A stretch of 62,000 bases of DNA from Chiloscyllium plagiosum (lineage: Eukaryota): contig NC_057758.1 in assembly GCF_004010195.1 (NCBI RefSeq), forward strand, positions 337,598 through 399,597. Reading direction: 5' to 3'. The position numbers were made by a program, and so were the translations under genes. The notes under the pieces were generated by a model that had not been told where the DNA came from, made no database searches, and saw only the letters and a program-made list of their open reading frames with translations. Below, piece by piece: positions 11,888-24,929 of the stretch (its first letter is position 1; each line of letters opens with the position of its first letter).

Positions 11888-14727
11888 CGGAAGTAACTGA
11901 CAGCCCTTGCTAGATTTTCCAAGACATCGTAGAGTTCTGAAGAGACACGTAATGACTAATGATTGCCATAACAATTAGGAGAGACAAGGCAGCCAATTTA
12001 CACACAGGTACACGTCCGAAAGTATCATTTAGTTTCCTCGACGTTTACTCCGAGTAAATCTCGAGGCCTGCTTCCAAGAAAGGTTTGACATTGGTGGAGA
12101 TTCAGTCAGCATAGGAGAATAAAACGATGACAACTCGGAGACAGCTCAGTTGAAAATTGAGTAAATATGCTTTCAATGTTGATTAACTGTACTCTTTCAT
12201 GGGAAGGGGAGCTGATGTTTACTCGGTCACGCAAAGCAATCTTGCAAGTAGCTCTTTAATCGAAAGGTAGAGACGCAACAAAACGATTAGGAAAAGAAAG
12301 TGGTGGTGTAGGCATAATTTTGCAGCCCCTTTCTAAGATCCAACAACATCATTGTGAACAGAATTGTGAAGAGTTTAAACAGAGTGCTTTTGCTTTCTCC
12401 ATGCGAATGCTGGCCTCAACAAACAGCAATCATTCTTAATTCAGAACAACATATTGCAGTCATTTTAACTTACGTGTTTCCTATCTAGATGCGGAGATGT
12501 TGGAGATGAACCCAGACATCCAAGGACAAAAATAGGGACATTTTCATGCCACCACAAGAGCCCTCAATAGCTTGTCTACTATTGGTAGATTTTTAAGAGC
12601 AACCCAGTGGGTGAAAATAAGCTGGAGACTATTTTTTTCTGAAGGCTGCAAAAGCAGGCTAAAATCCTGGATTTACACAATTAACAGAAAAACTTCAACC
12701 CAGTGATTCGAGAGAAATCAAATTTCTGATCGTTTTGGACACGCCATAGATCTCTTCAGTATCTGCACCTAGTAGCAACACTCTATTCTGTCTCTCAGAA
12801 TTCAATAAATTATGTACTATCCCATGGGAAAGACTTGAAATGGTAGAATATCTCATTGTGCGCTCGGGTGTTTAATATTAAGGGTGCACACAGATAAATG
12901 TTCAAATGTCTGTCTCCCACAGTGTAGACATTGCTTTTCTGTTCAAAATATACAGGATGCAGATGCTGATTGACAAATATTCGTTGGCCCAGTCTGCAGA
13001 CACTGTATTAATGTGGAAAATGCATAGGTTGCACGAAAACTGTAAACTTTGAATTACCAATGACAATAGATTGAAATTACTACTTAATGGCAAAATATCA
13101 GTCATCTTACACTAGAGACGTTGCACTTCTGTAGATATTGCATTGTCGTGGAATATACACAGTCTGAAAATTGCTGTGTGTGCAAATATCATTTGTCTCA
13201 TACTGCTGGAATTGCGTTATTGCAGACTGTGTATTAATATAGATTTTGTCTTATATATAAAACGCACAGGCTTCAGACTTACAGCGACTGATTAGGGGAA
13301 TTAAGCTGACGATCATAAGACATGAGTTGTTTTTACAAGGTCTGACGTCTTGTGCCAAAGTCTTCAAACCTAAGACTTATTCAGATACATGGAGCTAGTT
13401 TCCCAGCTGTTGGTATGCGGAAGGTCATTCGCATCAACAACTATTTACTCGTCCACAGATCACTCAGCTACATATTTCCTGCCGAATCTACATTTGAGTG
13501 CAGACCCCAGAAACAACTTTCTTTTGAAACTACTGTCCGCTGCCCACTACAACTATTGCTCACGTCTACAGCTGCTGTGTGAACAATGAACATCATGTGG
13601 AGCTTTTTTATAATGTGGCAAAATTCTTTCCACAATCCATACTTACTTAAACTACTCACTTAGTTTCAATCAGACACTGTGATCAAGCGATTGCAAAAAA
13701 AAGTATGCAGCCTTTGCAAAGGAGCGAGAATGAAAGGAATATAGACAATGAAAGACAGAATCTGAGAGATATAAAGGGAGATGCTGGATAAGGCACAAGA
13801 CTATAGTAAGAGAAAGACAGTTACTGACACTTTGAGAGCAAAAGATAGAGTGAGGGAGAAAGTAGACAAATTGAGAGAGAGAGAGACAGAGAAATAAATT
13901 AGTATGCGGCAGACCTATAGAAAGACACAAGGACATTACTGGGATAGCAAATTTTCCTTGGTACAAAGCATCAACAGAAATAGAGGAAGGAGGAAAAAAT
14001 GACAGGTGTCAGTGTTAGTCCAGAATGGCATTTAAGTGCTGGCACATGAAAGAACTCCAAGGAGGCAATCTTCCTATTACGAAGTCGCATTTAGTTTACA
14101 CGTGGACTGTGACTAGCTTGCCCACAGCCAGATTGTGAATGAGCAGACACTCTGAATCTCTTGTGTTTATTTCACCATGTTACTCTGTCTTGTCATATTC
14201 AAGGTATGTGGGCTCTTATCGCCCAGACCAGAGCCAAACGCTACAATGAGACTTTCTGATCCACAAGTTTACCTTGCTTTCTGTTGAGATTTTGCTGGGG
14301 GAGGGGTGTTTCTGACCAACCAGTACAAAGTTAGTCCCGAGAATGAGGAGACTCTCTGAATCTTCAGTTTTCTGTCTGCCAGCCAGGGCTCCCCCATTGG
14401 CACAATGAAGGAGCACACAGTCAATGTGATCCATCTGGCCCTCGTTTCTATCACTGAATAGGATGAATGCCATTCAACTTTAGGCAATACCCATATTTCC
14501 TGCTGGAACGTTTGTCCCATTGTCCGTGACCAAAACTTCCAGGAGGTTGTGCATCCCAATCTAAGCTGGCAACTTTCTAGTTATAGGTCTTGAGTTTGCC
14601 AAATGAACGCTATGCACATTAAACTACTTTGAATGGGCATCCACAATGACCAAGAATATTGACACATGATTGTCCAGGATTCACCCAGCAAGTCCGATGA
14701 AAGTGGGGAACTGCTGGCGGTACTTGG

Positions 14728-15025
14728 TTAGATTTCCTCGATTAGATTCCCTACAGTGTGGAAACAGGCCCTTCGGCTCAACAAGTCGACACCGACCCTC
14801 CGAAGAGCAACCCACCCAGATCCACTCCACTACACTTACCCCTGACTAATGCACATAAAACTACGGACAAGTTAGCATGGCCAATTCTCCTGATCTGTAA
14901 ATCTTTGGACAGTGGGAGGAAACCGGAACACGCGGAGAAACCCCATGCAGACACGGGAAGAATGCATAAAATTCACACAGTTGCTCGAGGCGAGAAGAGA
15001 ACTCGGGTCTCTGGCGCTGTGTGGC
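14728..15025 (-). mobile_element. V-SINE (older subfamily)
   Basis: ttagattccctacagtgtggaaacaggcccttcgg tail and V-domain; head truncated. Confidence 0.9.
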
Positions 15026-15109
15026 AGCATGGACACTGACCTACCACCGCAGCGATAATGGTATTCAAACTTGCTTACTACGCATAACGAGAGGGCGATT
15101 TTTTAAAAG

Positions 15110-16440
15110 AATTTTAGCTCAGCTTTGTGCTCAGATTGTACGTTTTTGTGCTGATCTGGCAGCTTTGTTTTCAGAAGGCTAACATCATCCGTGAGACTCC
15201 AGTGAAAAGCTGATGTTCTGTCCAGATTTCTATTTGTGTGCCTTGGTCTCTGAAGATAAGTGATATTATTTGTGGTTCTTTTTCTCAGGAGTTGATAAAT
15301 GGAGTCTGAATCGATCTGTTTATTGATTAAGTTCTGGTTTGAATGTCAGGCCGTTAGGAATACTGTGCGTGTCTCTGTTTAGCCTACCATTAGGTGCATG
15401 TGTTATCCCAGTTGAGGCGGTGTCCTCTGTATGAAAGGAGATGAGAGATAATGTATCATGTGTTTTGAGGATGGTTTTATTCATTTATTCTGGTGGCTGC
15501 TTTTCTGCCAATCTGACCAACGTAGTTTTTGTTACAGTCCTTGCATGGCATTTTGTAAATGACATTCGCTTTGTTGTTTGTTGGTATCGGGTCCTTTCGG
15601 GTCATTTGTAGCTTTTTCATGTGTTGGCAGGTTTGTCGGCTATCATGAACAAAGGAGTCAAAGTAGTCATCTCCGAGACGCCTTTGATGTTTGTTCGTAT
15701 GGCTAGGGTTTCCGGATGTGTTGTGTCTACTTGTTTGTGTTTGTTGTTTCAGTATCAGCGGACTGTTTTTCATATCAATTACCCATTCTGCTTTAATCTG
15801 TTATGTTGGTAAATTTATTATGTTGCTTGTCGTTCCTGGGTGATGCAGTTTGTTATCTCTCATTGAAATAATGTCCTGATGCAGCTCGGTTTGTGGGTAT
15901 TGGGCTGATTGCTCTGTTGTTAAGTAACTGCTCTGTGTGTGTTATTTTCCATTAGATGCTGATCTGCATTTATCCATTAACTGTTCGTTCCTCTGTGACA
16001 TCGAGGAAGAGGAGGTGGTTGTTATTTACCGCCTCCATTATGAAATTTATGCAGTTAAGGATGTTGTTGATTATGCTGTAGGTTTCCTCGAATTTAATAC
16101 GTTTTGTGATGAGAACGGTGTGATCCATCGAAAGGACCCAATGTTTATGTTGTATCGTGGGGAGCGTTGTTTTTTTGAACTTCTGTATTAAAGCTTCTGC
16201 CAAGAAGCCTGATGTCGGTGATCCCATTTGTGTTTTGTTGATTTTATTTGTAGGTCTTGTCATTCAAGATGAAATTGGGTCGTGAGACACAGGTTAACTA
16301 GCTCAAGATTGCTGTCCTTGCTGATGGAGTTGGTGCTGTCTTGTGTTTGCGTCCTTGGATTATCTCGAAATGCAGTCAGTGTTTCTTTGGCCAGGCTGAT
16401 ATTAATTGATATAAATAGGGCTGTCACATCAAAGGAGGAT
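15110..16440 (-). mobile_element. Penelope-like element (RT + GIY-YIG), decayed
   Basis: RT: SFDVTALFISINI, TQMGSPTSGFLAEAL, HLLFLDV. GIY-YIG: KDPIPTNNKANVIYKMPCKDCNKNYVGQIGRK. Confidence 0.9.
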
Positions 16441-16549
16441 TTGACTATGCGATGAAGGATGTCAATGAAATATATCACAGTCAAAGAAATATACCTGGCC
16501 CGCATTTCAATCTCGAAATCCCTGACCCCCAATTCCAGAGATGTAGGAT

Positions 16550-16680
16550 TTTTCTGATGAAGGGCATATGCCTGGAACATCACACTCCTGTTACTTGGAT
16601 GCTGTTTGATCGGCTGTACTTTTCCAGCACAACACTCTTCGACTCTGGTCCCAGCATCGGCAGTCCTCAGTTTCCCTGAT
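16550..16680 (+). mobile_element. Decayed Penelope pLTR with degenerate hammerhead
   Basis: CTGATGAAGGGCATATGCCTGGAA (GAAA mutated) followed by the same pLTR tail as 24190-24278. Confidence 0.7.
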
Positions 16681-17749
16681 TCATTTTCTTGTAATTTCCA
16701 GGTCTTGCTCTTCTGACTCTGAATCATACTTTGATACAGAAAGCGTGTACAGGACACTAGCGGTGTTTCTTACATCCAGAGCATCGGGGACAGTCTTCTC
16801 CTATATTCTGGCAGTAACAATGTGGAAAAGACATCCAGTCTGGACTTTGAGCTTTAGAGATTTAGATGGAAAATGCACATTTTGTGATAGACATTCTGGC
16901 TGTTTTCGGGGACCAGACAAATTTTACTCGTGTCCCATTTGCGAGCTTTCACGTGATCCGCATATAGTTTCAGAATACCTTACCTCTCCAAACCTTGTAT
17001 GTCAAGGGACCACACGTCGCATTGAACTCGCCTTGCACCCGGGCAGCACGTTTTCCATGGCTTCAACAACAAACATTATCTGCGAAGTAAACTGCCTGTC
17101 TCACATAGAAGAGGCATTGGCGCTCCTGATCTTATTTCAACAATCCCATGTTCCACGCTCGGCAGCTTTGGCACCACCAGGTTTAACCGAGTCCACAGTA
17201 TTCTCACCATCGGTAGCTCTGTTGGAGCTATCCAGGCAGTTGCCTGATGGGTAGTCCTACAATGAAGATGAAACACGAACAATTTGGCATCGATTAAAGC
17301 TGTAGACCATTTTTTCCTTCAAATTATGCATTGCTCTTTCCGCTAGACCGTTGGACAATCGATGTTTTGGACTTGTTGGGACATACTGAATGCCATTCAA
17401 CTTTTGGAAGTCCACGAATTCCCTGCTGAAAAATTTCATCTCATTATCCATGACCAATACTTCCTGGAGTTTGTGTATCCTGATATAAGCTCGCAGCTTT
17501 CAAATCATCACCCCTGACTTTGCCAAATCATCGCTATGCAATTAAATTACTTTGAATAGGAATCCACAATGACGAGGAACATTGAACCAATGTCGATGTG
17601 TAATCGAGTCCACGATTAACCCAGCCATTGCCATGAAAGCTGGGCATTGTTAGCGGTATTTTTGTACATGTTGGCAGTCTGGGCACTGGCCTAAAACCGC
17701 AGCTGTATTGGTATCCAATCCGGACGCCACACATAATTTAATAATGATT

Positions 17750-19075
17750 TTTGTGAAGCCTTGCAGCTCAGGTTAGTGCTCAGGTTGTACGTTTGCTCGC
17801 TGAGCTGTCGTGTTTGCTTTCAAATGTTTCGTGTCCATATTAACGTAACATCATCATGTGAAGTGATGCTCTGAAGGAGGGTTAGCTGCTTTGCGGTCCT
17901 TTTTCTCAGAGCGTGATAAATGGTGTCCAAGTCGATACGTTCATTGATGCAGTTCCAGATTGAATGCCAGGCTTCAAGGAATTTCGTTGTGTATCTCTGT
18001 TTAGCATGTTCTCGGATGGATGTCTTGTCCCAGTTGAAATGGTGTTATTCTTCGTCTGTATGTAAAGATGCTAGTGGTTGTGGATCATGTCTTTTGTAGG
18101 CTAGTTGGTATTAGTGCACCCTGATGTGGTTTTTTTTTTGCACTGTCTGTCTGCCGTAGCGATTTCTTTTTACAAACCTTGTATGGCATTTTTAAAATTA
18201 CATTCGTTTTTCTGTTTGTTGGTATAGATAATCTTTGATTTTTCAGTAGCAGTTTCACTGATTTGGTTAGGTTCGTGGGAAACCATGATGCCAAGAGGTC
18301 GGAGTACTATGTTAGTCACCACCGAGAAATCTGTGATGGATGTCAGAGCGGCTAGCGTTTCTGGACATGTTGTATCTACTTCTTTGGGTTTGTTGTTTAA
18401 GAATTCGGTGGACTGTGTTTATCGGGTACTTGATCTTCTTGAAAACGCTGTCCAGGTATTTTTCTTCTGTTCCTAGTACTTCCTAGGTGTTGCAGTGTGT
18501 TGCGTCCCGCTTAAATAATGTGATGATGCAGCTCAGTTTGTGGTTGTTGGGATGGTTGCTTCTGTCGCTAAGTATCTGGTCTGTGTGTGTTGTTTTCCTG
18601 TTGACCCTGGACTGCATTAATCCATTAATTGTTCGTTCCATTGTCGTCATCGAGGAAGAAACGTCTGTTGTTGTTTTCCTCCTCTTTTATGAAATTTATG
18701 CCAGTAAGGATGTTGAAGCTGATGTTGTAGGTTTCCTCTAATTTGTGATAACAACAGTGTCATGAGCGTAGCAGACCCAAAGATTAAGTTGAATAGTAGG
18801 GAGAGTTGTTCGTTCATGTCTTTGTATTAATTTTTCTGTGAAGAAGACTGATATTGGTGATCTCATGGTGGTTCCCTTGGTAGTTTTGAAGGTCTGTCAT
18901 TAAAGGAGAAGTGAGTAGTGAGTTCAAGTTGTACTAGCTTGAGAATATTGTCCTTGCTGATGAAGTCATATTTCTCTGGTGTTTGTGTCATTGGTTCGTC
19001 TTGGAGCGCATTAAGTGTTTCTTTTGCCAGGCTGATGTTAATTGATGTGACTACGGCTGTAACCTCAAAGAAATG
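17750..19075 (-). mobile_element. Penelope-like element (RT + GIY-YIG), second copy
   Basis: FEVTAVVTSINISLAKETL, LTTHFSFND, IPTNRKTNVILKMPYKVCKK; collinear with 15110-16440. Confidence 0.88.
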
Positions 19076-19132
19076 ATTGGCTATGAGATGAAGGATCTCA
19101 ATCAAGAATCTCAAAGTCAATGCATATCCCTG

Positions 19133-19270
19133 GTTAAAACTCACACAGCACCAGATTATAATCCAACAGGTTTAGTTGTGCTTCCAATTAAACCCGTTGT
19201 GCTATAACCTGATGTTGTGTGATGTTTGAATTTGCACACCCCAATCCAGCACCGGCATCTCCAAATCATG
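19133..19270. mobile_element. Decayed inverted pLTR mini-element (same family as 52169)
   Basis: ttaaaactcacacagcaccagattataatccaacagg followed by its reverse complement and the tail caccccaatccagcaccggcatctccaaatca. Confidence 0.75.
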
Positions 19271-19334
19271 AGACATACCTGATCACCGTTTCAATCACTA
19301 CATATATCTCATCTAAATCCGGTAATGTCAGCTT

Positions 19335-19460
19335 TTCCTGATGATGGGGTTATGCCTGGGAAGTCGACTCTCCTGTTCCGCGGATGCTGCCTGAGTGGCT
19401 GTGCCTTTCCAGCACCACACACGTCAAAGCTGATCTCCAACATCTGCAATTCTCACTTGA
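19335..19460 (+). mobile_element. Decayed Penelope pLTR with degenerate hammerhead (paralogue of 16550)
   Basis: CTGATGATGGGGTTATGCCTGGGAAGTC plus pLTR tail. Confidence 0.7.
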
Positions 19461-20130
19461 TCCTTGTTCATTATCGTGCAATTATAGATCTTTCCCTTCT
19501 GAATTTTTTCTTCAGGTTCGATCTTTCCCCATACAGGGCTGTTTTCATTGTCATCCCGTGAAATACGCTGCCTTTCTCACATAGAAGAGGTATTGGGCCT
19601 CCTGATATCATTTCACCAACCCCTTCCTCCATCCCGGACAAGTCTGGGACTATCTGGTTTAACATGGTCTTCTCACTGTCAGCGGCTATACTGGAGCTAT
19701 CATTCTTGTTGCAGGGTGGTAGTTCGATATTCAAGCAGGAACAGGGACAGTTTGACATCGAGTGAAGCTGTAGACGGTTTCTTTAAATGTGACCTGAACT
19801 TATGTACTGCTATTTCTGCCAGAACATTGGAAGATCGATGTTATGGAGCTGACTGAACGTGCTGAATGCAAATAAGTTTTAGGAAATATATGTATTCCCT
19901 GCTGGAAAATTTCATCTCATTATCCGTGATCAATACTTCTAGATAACTGTGTATCCAAATCTAAGCTCACAGCTTTGAAATCATCAGCCCTGAGTTTGCC
20001 AAATGATTGCTTTGCAATCAAATTACTTTCTATGGGAATCTAAGAAAATCCAAGAACATTGATTTATATTCGACGTGAAATCGAGTCCAGGATTAACCCA
20101 GGCATTTCCGTGAAAGTTGGCTCTGCCAGC

Positions 20131-20457
20131 ATTAGATTAGATTAGATTAGGTTACATTACAGTGTGGAAACAGGCCCTTCGGCCCAACAAGTCCACACCG
20201 ACCCGCTGAAGCGAAACCCACCTTTACCCCTACATTTACCCCTTACCTAACACTACGGGCAATTTAGCATGGCCAATTCACCTGACCCTGCACATCTTTT
20301 GGACTGTGGGAGGAAACCGGAGCACCCGGAGGAAACCCACGCAGACACGGGAAGAACATGCAAACTCCACACAGTCAGTCGCCTGAGGCTGGAATTGAAC
20401 CCGGGTCTAAGGCGCTGTGAGGCAGCAGTGCTAACCACTGTGCCACCGTGCCGCCCA
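20131..20457 (-). mobile_element. Young full-length V-SINE (HE1-like)
   Basis: (ATTAG)n tail, V-domain and tRNA head with A/B boxes; CATTAG repeated at both ends. Confidence 0.95.
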
Positions 20458-22549
20458 CATTAGTTTTGTACATATTGGCATTCTAGGCACTGGCCAACCA
20501 ACTCCATCAGTTAACACATCAACTTCAACCCAATTTACCAACCTTTGCGAAAAAGAACTGGAAATGGTGTCACCCACCTTCGGAGACCAAGACACATAAA
20601 TAATTAAAATGGACAGAACAGCTTGGACATTTTGCTATAATTAGTATTAACTGCACAAACTGCTCAGAGGAGGCCTGAATGGACGTCGTGCCTTTCATCT
20701 GTAATGGTTCCACAATTTACGTTCTCAGTCTGGTGTGCGTCTCAAGCAAATATCCGGGATGGATTCTGGACTGAATCTTGTTAACGACTGTTTCTGTAAT
20801 CACTGATGAAGCCTCGTGCAGCGTAATACAGCGCAGATACATATACGGTTTTGACCTCCGTGACCATTTAGCCAGAGATTTATTTTGTTTGATTCGTATT
20901 TGATTTAACAAATTGGTTTCACTGTGCCAAGGTGCATGCGTTTCCACTTTCCAGGATAGCGCTTGCCTGGATATCGAGTATGCGGTATTTTTACGAAAGT
21001 AAGGCCTTGTCGGATTTCTTTGCTGCCTCGAGTCCACATACCAGCAGGAACTAATGGCTTTATGGCCATGATCACGAAACATATTTTGGCCTTTCGGCTG
21101 ATGATCAGATTCGTTTTCGGGTTTTGCAGTGTGATGCACTATAGTCCTCTGCTCAGGGGATATCCTGCGTCAGTGTTTAAAATTGCTTACATTCAAATGT
21201 TATTCCAGAAGCTGAGTTGGACAAGTGAGTGTGTCCACTTCTATTGGGATGCCTGAGGTACCATGCTCTACTTGCCATGTTTTCTGATGACAAAGGAGTT
21301 GTAATCTTTGATTTAATTACAATTAGGTTTCAGCTGTTAGACGTTTTTGCATAGTTGCATCATTAATCCCAGACACCAGTCAGTCTGTCAACATCATATT
21401 GAGGACTACCCAAAATCTCATCACTTTTCCGGTCGTCCTAACTTCGTCAAAAATCTCAATGCTGATTCACTTGGTTCTCGAACTTCCAAATAAAACCAAC
21501 AGCATGTCAGAATTAGGGGAGGCTTGGGTACATAATAGTTATGAGCTAAATCCAGAAACTGTTGAAAGGCTTTATTACCTCGTGACTCAGGGAAAAAAGA
21601 CTTCCTAAGACCCGAAAAAAGCTCCTAGTCTACAAAGAGTCAGAAGAATTGTTCGCTGATATTTATCTGCCCTCAATGTCATTTGCCTGGAAAGAAAAAC
21701 ATGAATTCAGTCTGCATACTGGGCCCAGCCTGCAAAGGCAAAATCGAACGAGTCAACCTTCCCAAATAAATGCATGATACCAGAAACACTTCCCGCAATT
21801 AAAAGACAACTATTGGAAGGAAATTTTCCTCAGGCATTCACTGTTTTCTTTTATCACCACTGAATTAACTCCAAAAAGAGTACCTGCCATCAAGGTACCA
21901 TCAATTTACACGTGCACAACATCTAGATTCCGAGGAACCTGCTCAGGGCCAAATCATAGAATGGATAGCTTCTCTAATTTTCCTATTTAAATTTGTCATT
22001 CAAGGTTCTCTGATTGGTCAAGACTAGTGACCTAATCAAGGATCTCACTCTCAATGAGAACCATCTGGCCCTCCTTTCAAATCTTTACAGAGAAAGGACG
22101 TTCCAAACCAGTCAATTACACAATCGGTTTGAGAAGATCTAAAGAGCAACAATGCTGCACTTATATTGGTTAATAGACTTGCGAGAACGACGTACAAGAG
22201 AAAAAAATCTTCCAGAAGGATTAGTGAGAGATTACGATATTATAAAGTTATAGTAATGGGGAAACACCTGTTACTCAAATGTACATTATTGCATTTATAA
22301 TGTAAGTGACATAGAGATGACCAAGTAGTATTATTTCGGCACTTGATCGAGAGACCCACATCATGTTCTGGACATTTGGGTTTATATCCCACCACGGGAG
22401 ATGGTGGAATGTAAATTCAATAAAAACTATAATCTGGAATTAATAGTGTACTTATGACCATGAATCAATTGTCTACTGTCGGTAAAACCCACCTGTTCAC
22501 GAATGTCCTTGAAGAGAATGAGGCAGAATAGAGACAGTGAAAGAAAGAC

Positions 22550-22836
22550 TGCAGTGGTTAGCACTGCTGCCTCACAGCGCCTGAGACCCGGGTTCAATTC
22601 CCGCCTCAGGTGACTAACTGTGTGGAGTTTGCACGTTCTCCCCGTGTCTGCGTGGGTTTCTTCCGGATGCTCCGGTTTCCTCCCACAGTGAATTGGCTTT
22701 GCTAAATTGCCCGTAGCGTTAGGTAAGGGGTAAATGTAGGGGTATGGGTGGGTTGCGCTTCGGCGGGTCGGTATGGACTTGGTGGGCCGAAGGGCCTGTT
22801 TCCACACTGTAATGTAATCTAATCTAATCTAATCTA
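22550..22836 (+). mobile_element. Young V-SINE
   Basis: cagtggttagcactgctgcc...ggttcaattcc, V-domain, (AATCT)n tail; short internal deletion. Confidence 0.95.
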
Positions 22837-23429
22837 GAGGTTGTTCGGAGGGACTACAACTAGACAATGGCGTACCCTTAAAGGAAAGGTAATCCAGCAA
22901 TAATCGTGGCGCTTTGTGACACACTGGAAAGGTAGGACAAATAATTACGGAACACCTTGATTGACAAAGCAGCTAAGATAAAGCGGTAAGAATGTTTATG
23001 ACAGTTATCTGATACAAATGAGAATTGATAATAAAGTGGAAGAAAAAGGCGTCAAGGTGAGGTGAAAAAGCAAAGTAAAGAAAGAAAGAACACTTCTGAG
23101 AACATACCAGCAGCTAACATTTAGGCATATAAAAATTTTCCACGGGTATGCATTGTATTTTTCAGAAAAAGTGGCAAGCGGATGAGTAAATGTGATCGGC
23201 AAACAAAACACGCGTAAACAGAGGTCGTGCATTTTTTTTTAGCCTTGTGATGAGATGAAAAGAGAGCAGATGTGGCATCACAAAATAGGCAAGGTTGGAT
23301 GTTACATAAAGGACAGAATGAGATTGCAGACGTGCAAAGATGAGATGAACTAGTGGACACAAATCAGCCAGCTGGAAAAATGAGGTTGCAAAATGTCGAG
23401 CTGCTCAGTTTGTTTTAAAATATTAAAAA

Positions 23430-24070
23430 AGTAACAAGTGTTATTTCAACAGTGAGTCAATGCAAAACCTAGTGCTGCAGGTGGATTTAGATCTTCAGGC
23501 TGATGAGTTCCTAGAAGCTATTACATAAACAGAGAGAATAATGAAGGAGACTGATGGGGTGCGCTCCTTTATGATACGTTGGTGCGAAGATGAATGCATT
23601 ATTTTTAAGTTACGGAGGATATTTGAGAGACCCACACCAGGAATATTGCGTGCAGTTGTGTTTTGCTTATTGTCGGCAAGAAGCAAATGTGCCCGAGTTC
23701 ACACAGGGAGGGGTTTCCTGGATTGATCCCTGGAGTGAACGAGTTCTTGATGAGGAAGGGTGGGTACAAAAGATATGTACCCATTGATGTTTCAACAGCG
23801 GTGCGGGATTGTGAGGACCTGACTGATGAATGTAAGACTTCCAACTATCTGAACAAGGCGTACTTGGGTGGGGATGTCTCCTGGGGTGGGTCAGTCCAGA
23901 ATGACAGAGGCAAGTATTTACTGTGCAGGGTGGGGAGGTGGTTGGTTCTTCCTTTCAGAACATGTATCTCTCTGTCTCTCACACCATCCTCCACCCACCC
24001 CCACCTCCACCTCCACACCCCCGTATCTCCAAGGGTACTTCTGACTGTGGAACTTTCTGCACTTTGAGGC
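23430..24070 (+). mobile_element. Old CR1 RT 3' fragment
   Basis: gagacccacaccaggaatattgcgtgcagttgtg (RPH.EYCVQ-like) and downstream CR1-like sequence. Confidence 0.7.
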
Positions 24071-24095
24071 AGTGTAGGTTGGATATTATAGACTT

Positions 24096-24278
24096 TTGCT
24101 GAAAATGTGTGCTGGAACAGCGCAGCAGGTCAGACAGCATCCAGCGAACAGGAGAATCGACGTTTCGGGCATAAGCCCTTCTTCATAAGCTGTTCCCTGG
24201 ATGTTGTCTGACCTGCTGCGCTGTTCCAGCACACATTTTCAGCTCTGATCTCCAGCATCTGCAGACCTCACTTTCTCC
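24096..24278. mobile_element. Hairpin Penelope-derived mini-element with a hammerhead remnant in its loop
   Basis: 54-bp arms 24098-24151 and 24190-24243 (52/54 complementary). Minus-strand core (A)UGAAGA-A-GGGC(UUAU)GCCC-GAAACGUC at 24159-24186. TSD TATT(A/G)TAGACTT at 24084-24095 and 24279-24290. Confidence 0.85.
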
Positions 24279-24373
24279 TATTGTAGACTTCTGAAAATGG
24301 AAATGAACAAATTCGTGCAGGCAGAGGAACGGAAGGCTGTTGGAATCGGGTGAGAATTGGGAATTAGAAAGAC

Positions 24374-24658
24374 ACGGCACGGTGGCACAGTGGTTAGCAC
24401 TGCTGCCTCACAGTGCCGGAGACCCGGGTTCAATGCCTGCCTCCGGACTGTGTGGATTTGCAAGTTCTCCCCTTGTCTGCGTGGGTTTCCTCCGGTTGCT
24501 CTGGTTTCCTCCCACAGTCCATAGATGTGCAGGCCAGGTGAATTGCCCGTAGAGTTAGGTAAGGGGTACATTTAGGGGTATGGGTGGGTTGCGCTTCGGC
24601 GGGTCGGTGTGGACTTGTTGGGCCGAAGGGCCTGTTTCTACACTGTAAGTAATCTAAT
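24374..24658 (+). mobile_element. Young V-SINE
   Basis: cggcacggtggcacagtggttagc head, V-domain and tail. Confidence 0.95.
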
Positions 24659-24929
24659 AGAAACAGTGCGATTGTTAAAGAAAAGGCCCAAATAGCAAAA
24701 GGTCTGCTCTTTTCTGTTACATTTCTACCTCCAGCGATTGTGACTGAACGAGCTCTTCCTTGGAAACACCTCGTGGCTGTGATGCCGTTGATCCTAACAA
24801 ACCCATGAACTTAGTTTCTCTCTTTGAGATTCCTTCTCACTCCATTCATTTTGACCCCCCTACTGTTTATTCCTTCAAATGTGAAACATAATCCTCTTAG
24901 TTATTTTCTGAACGATCTGGAATAGGTTC

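Larger units (their letters stand above)
14010..22090 (-). mobile_element. Gypsy LTR-retrotransposon relic with nested and duplicated insertions
   Basis: Related LTR-like ends (14400-14455 vs 22030-22088, shared tcaatg.ga.ccatctggccctc). Gag-like DFG..LN.ML.D.LVSGINDATMQKRL at about 21290-21420. Integrase VMDNEMKFFSREF...SNGLAERAMHNLK at 17257-17457, with further integrase copies at about 14460-14725 and 19470-20130. Confidence 0.75.

Noticed and set aside
13352..13430. LIQIHGASFPAVGMRKV as a decayed GPCR exon 1
   Set aside because: Only AVG matches; there is no YYP motif, no GTAAG donor and no partner exon found.
20400..20457. tRNA genes at SINE heads
   Set aside because: The A/B boxes belong to tRNA-derived V-SINE heads followed by the V-domain and a LINE-like tail.
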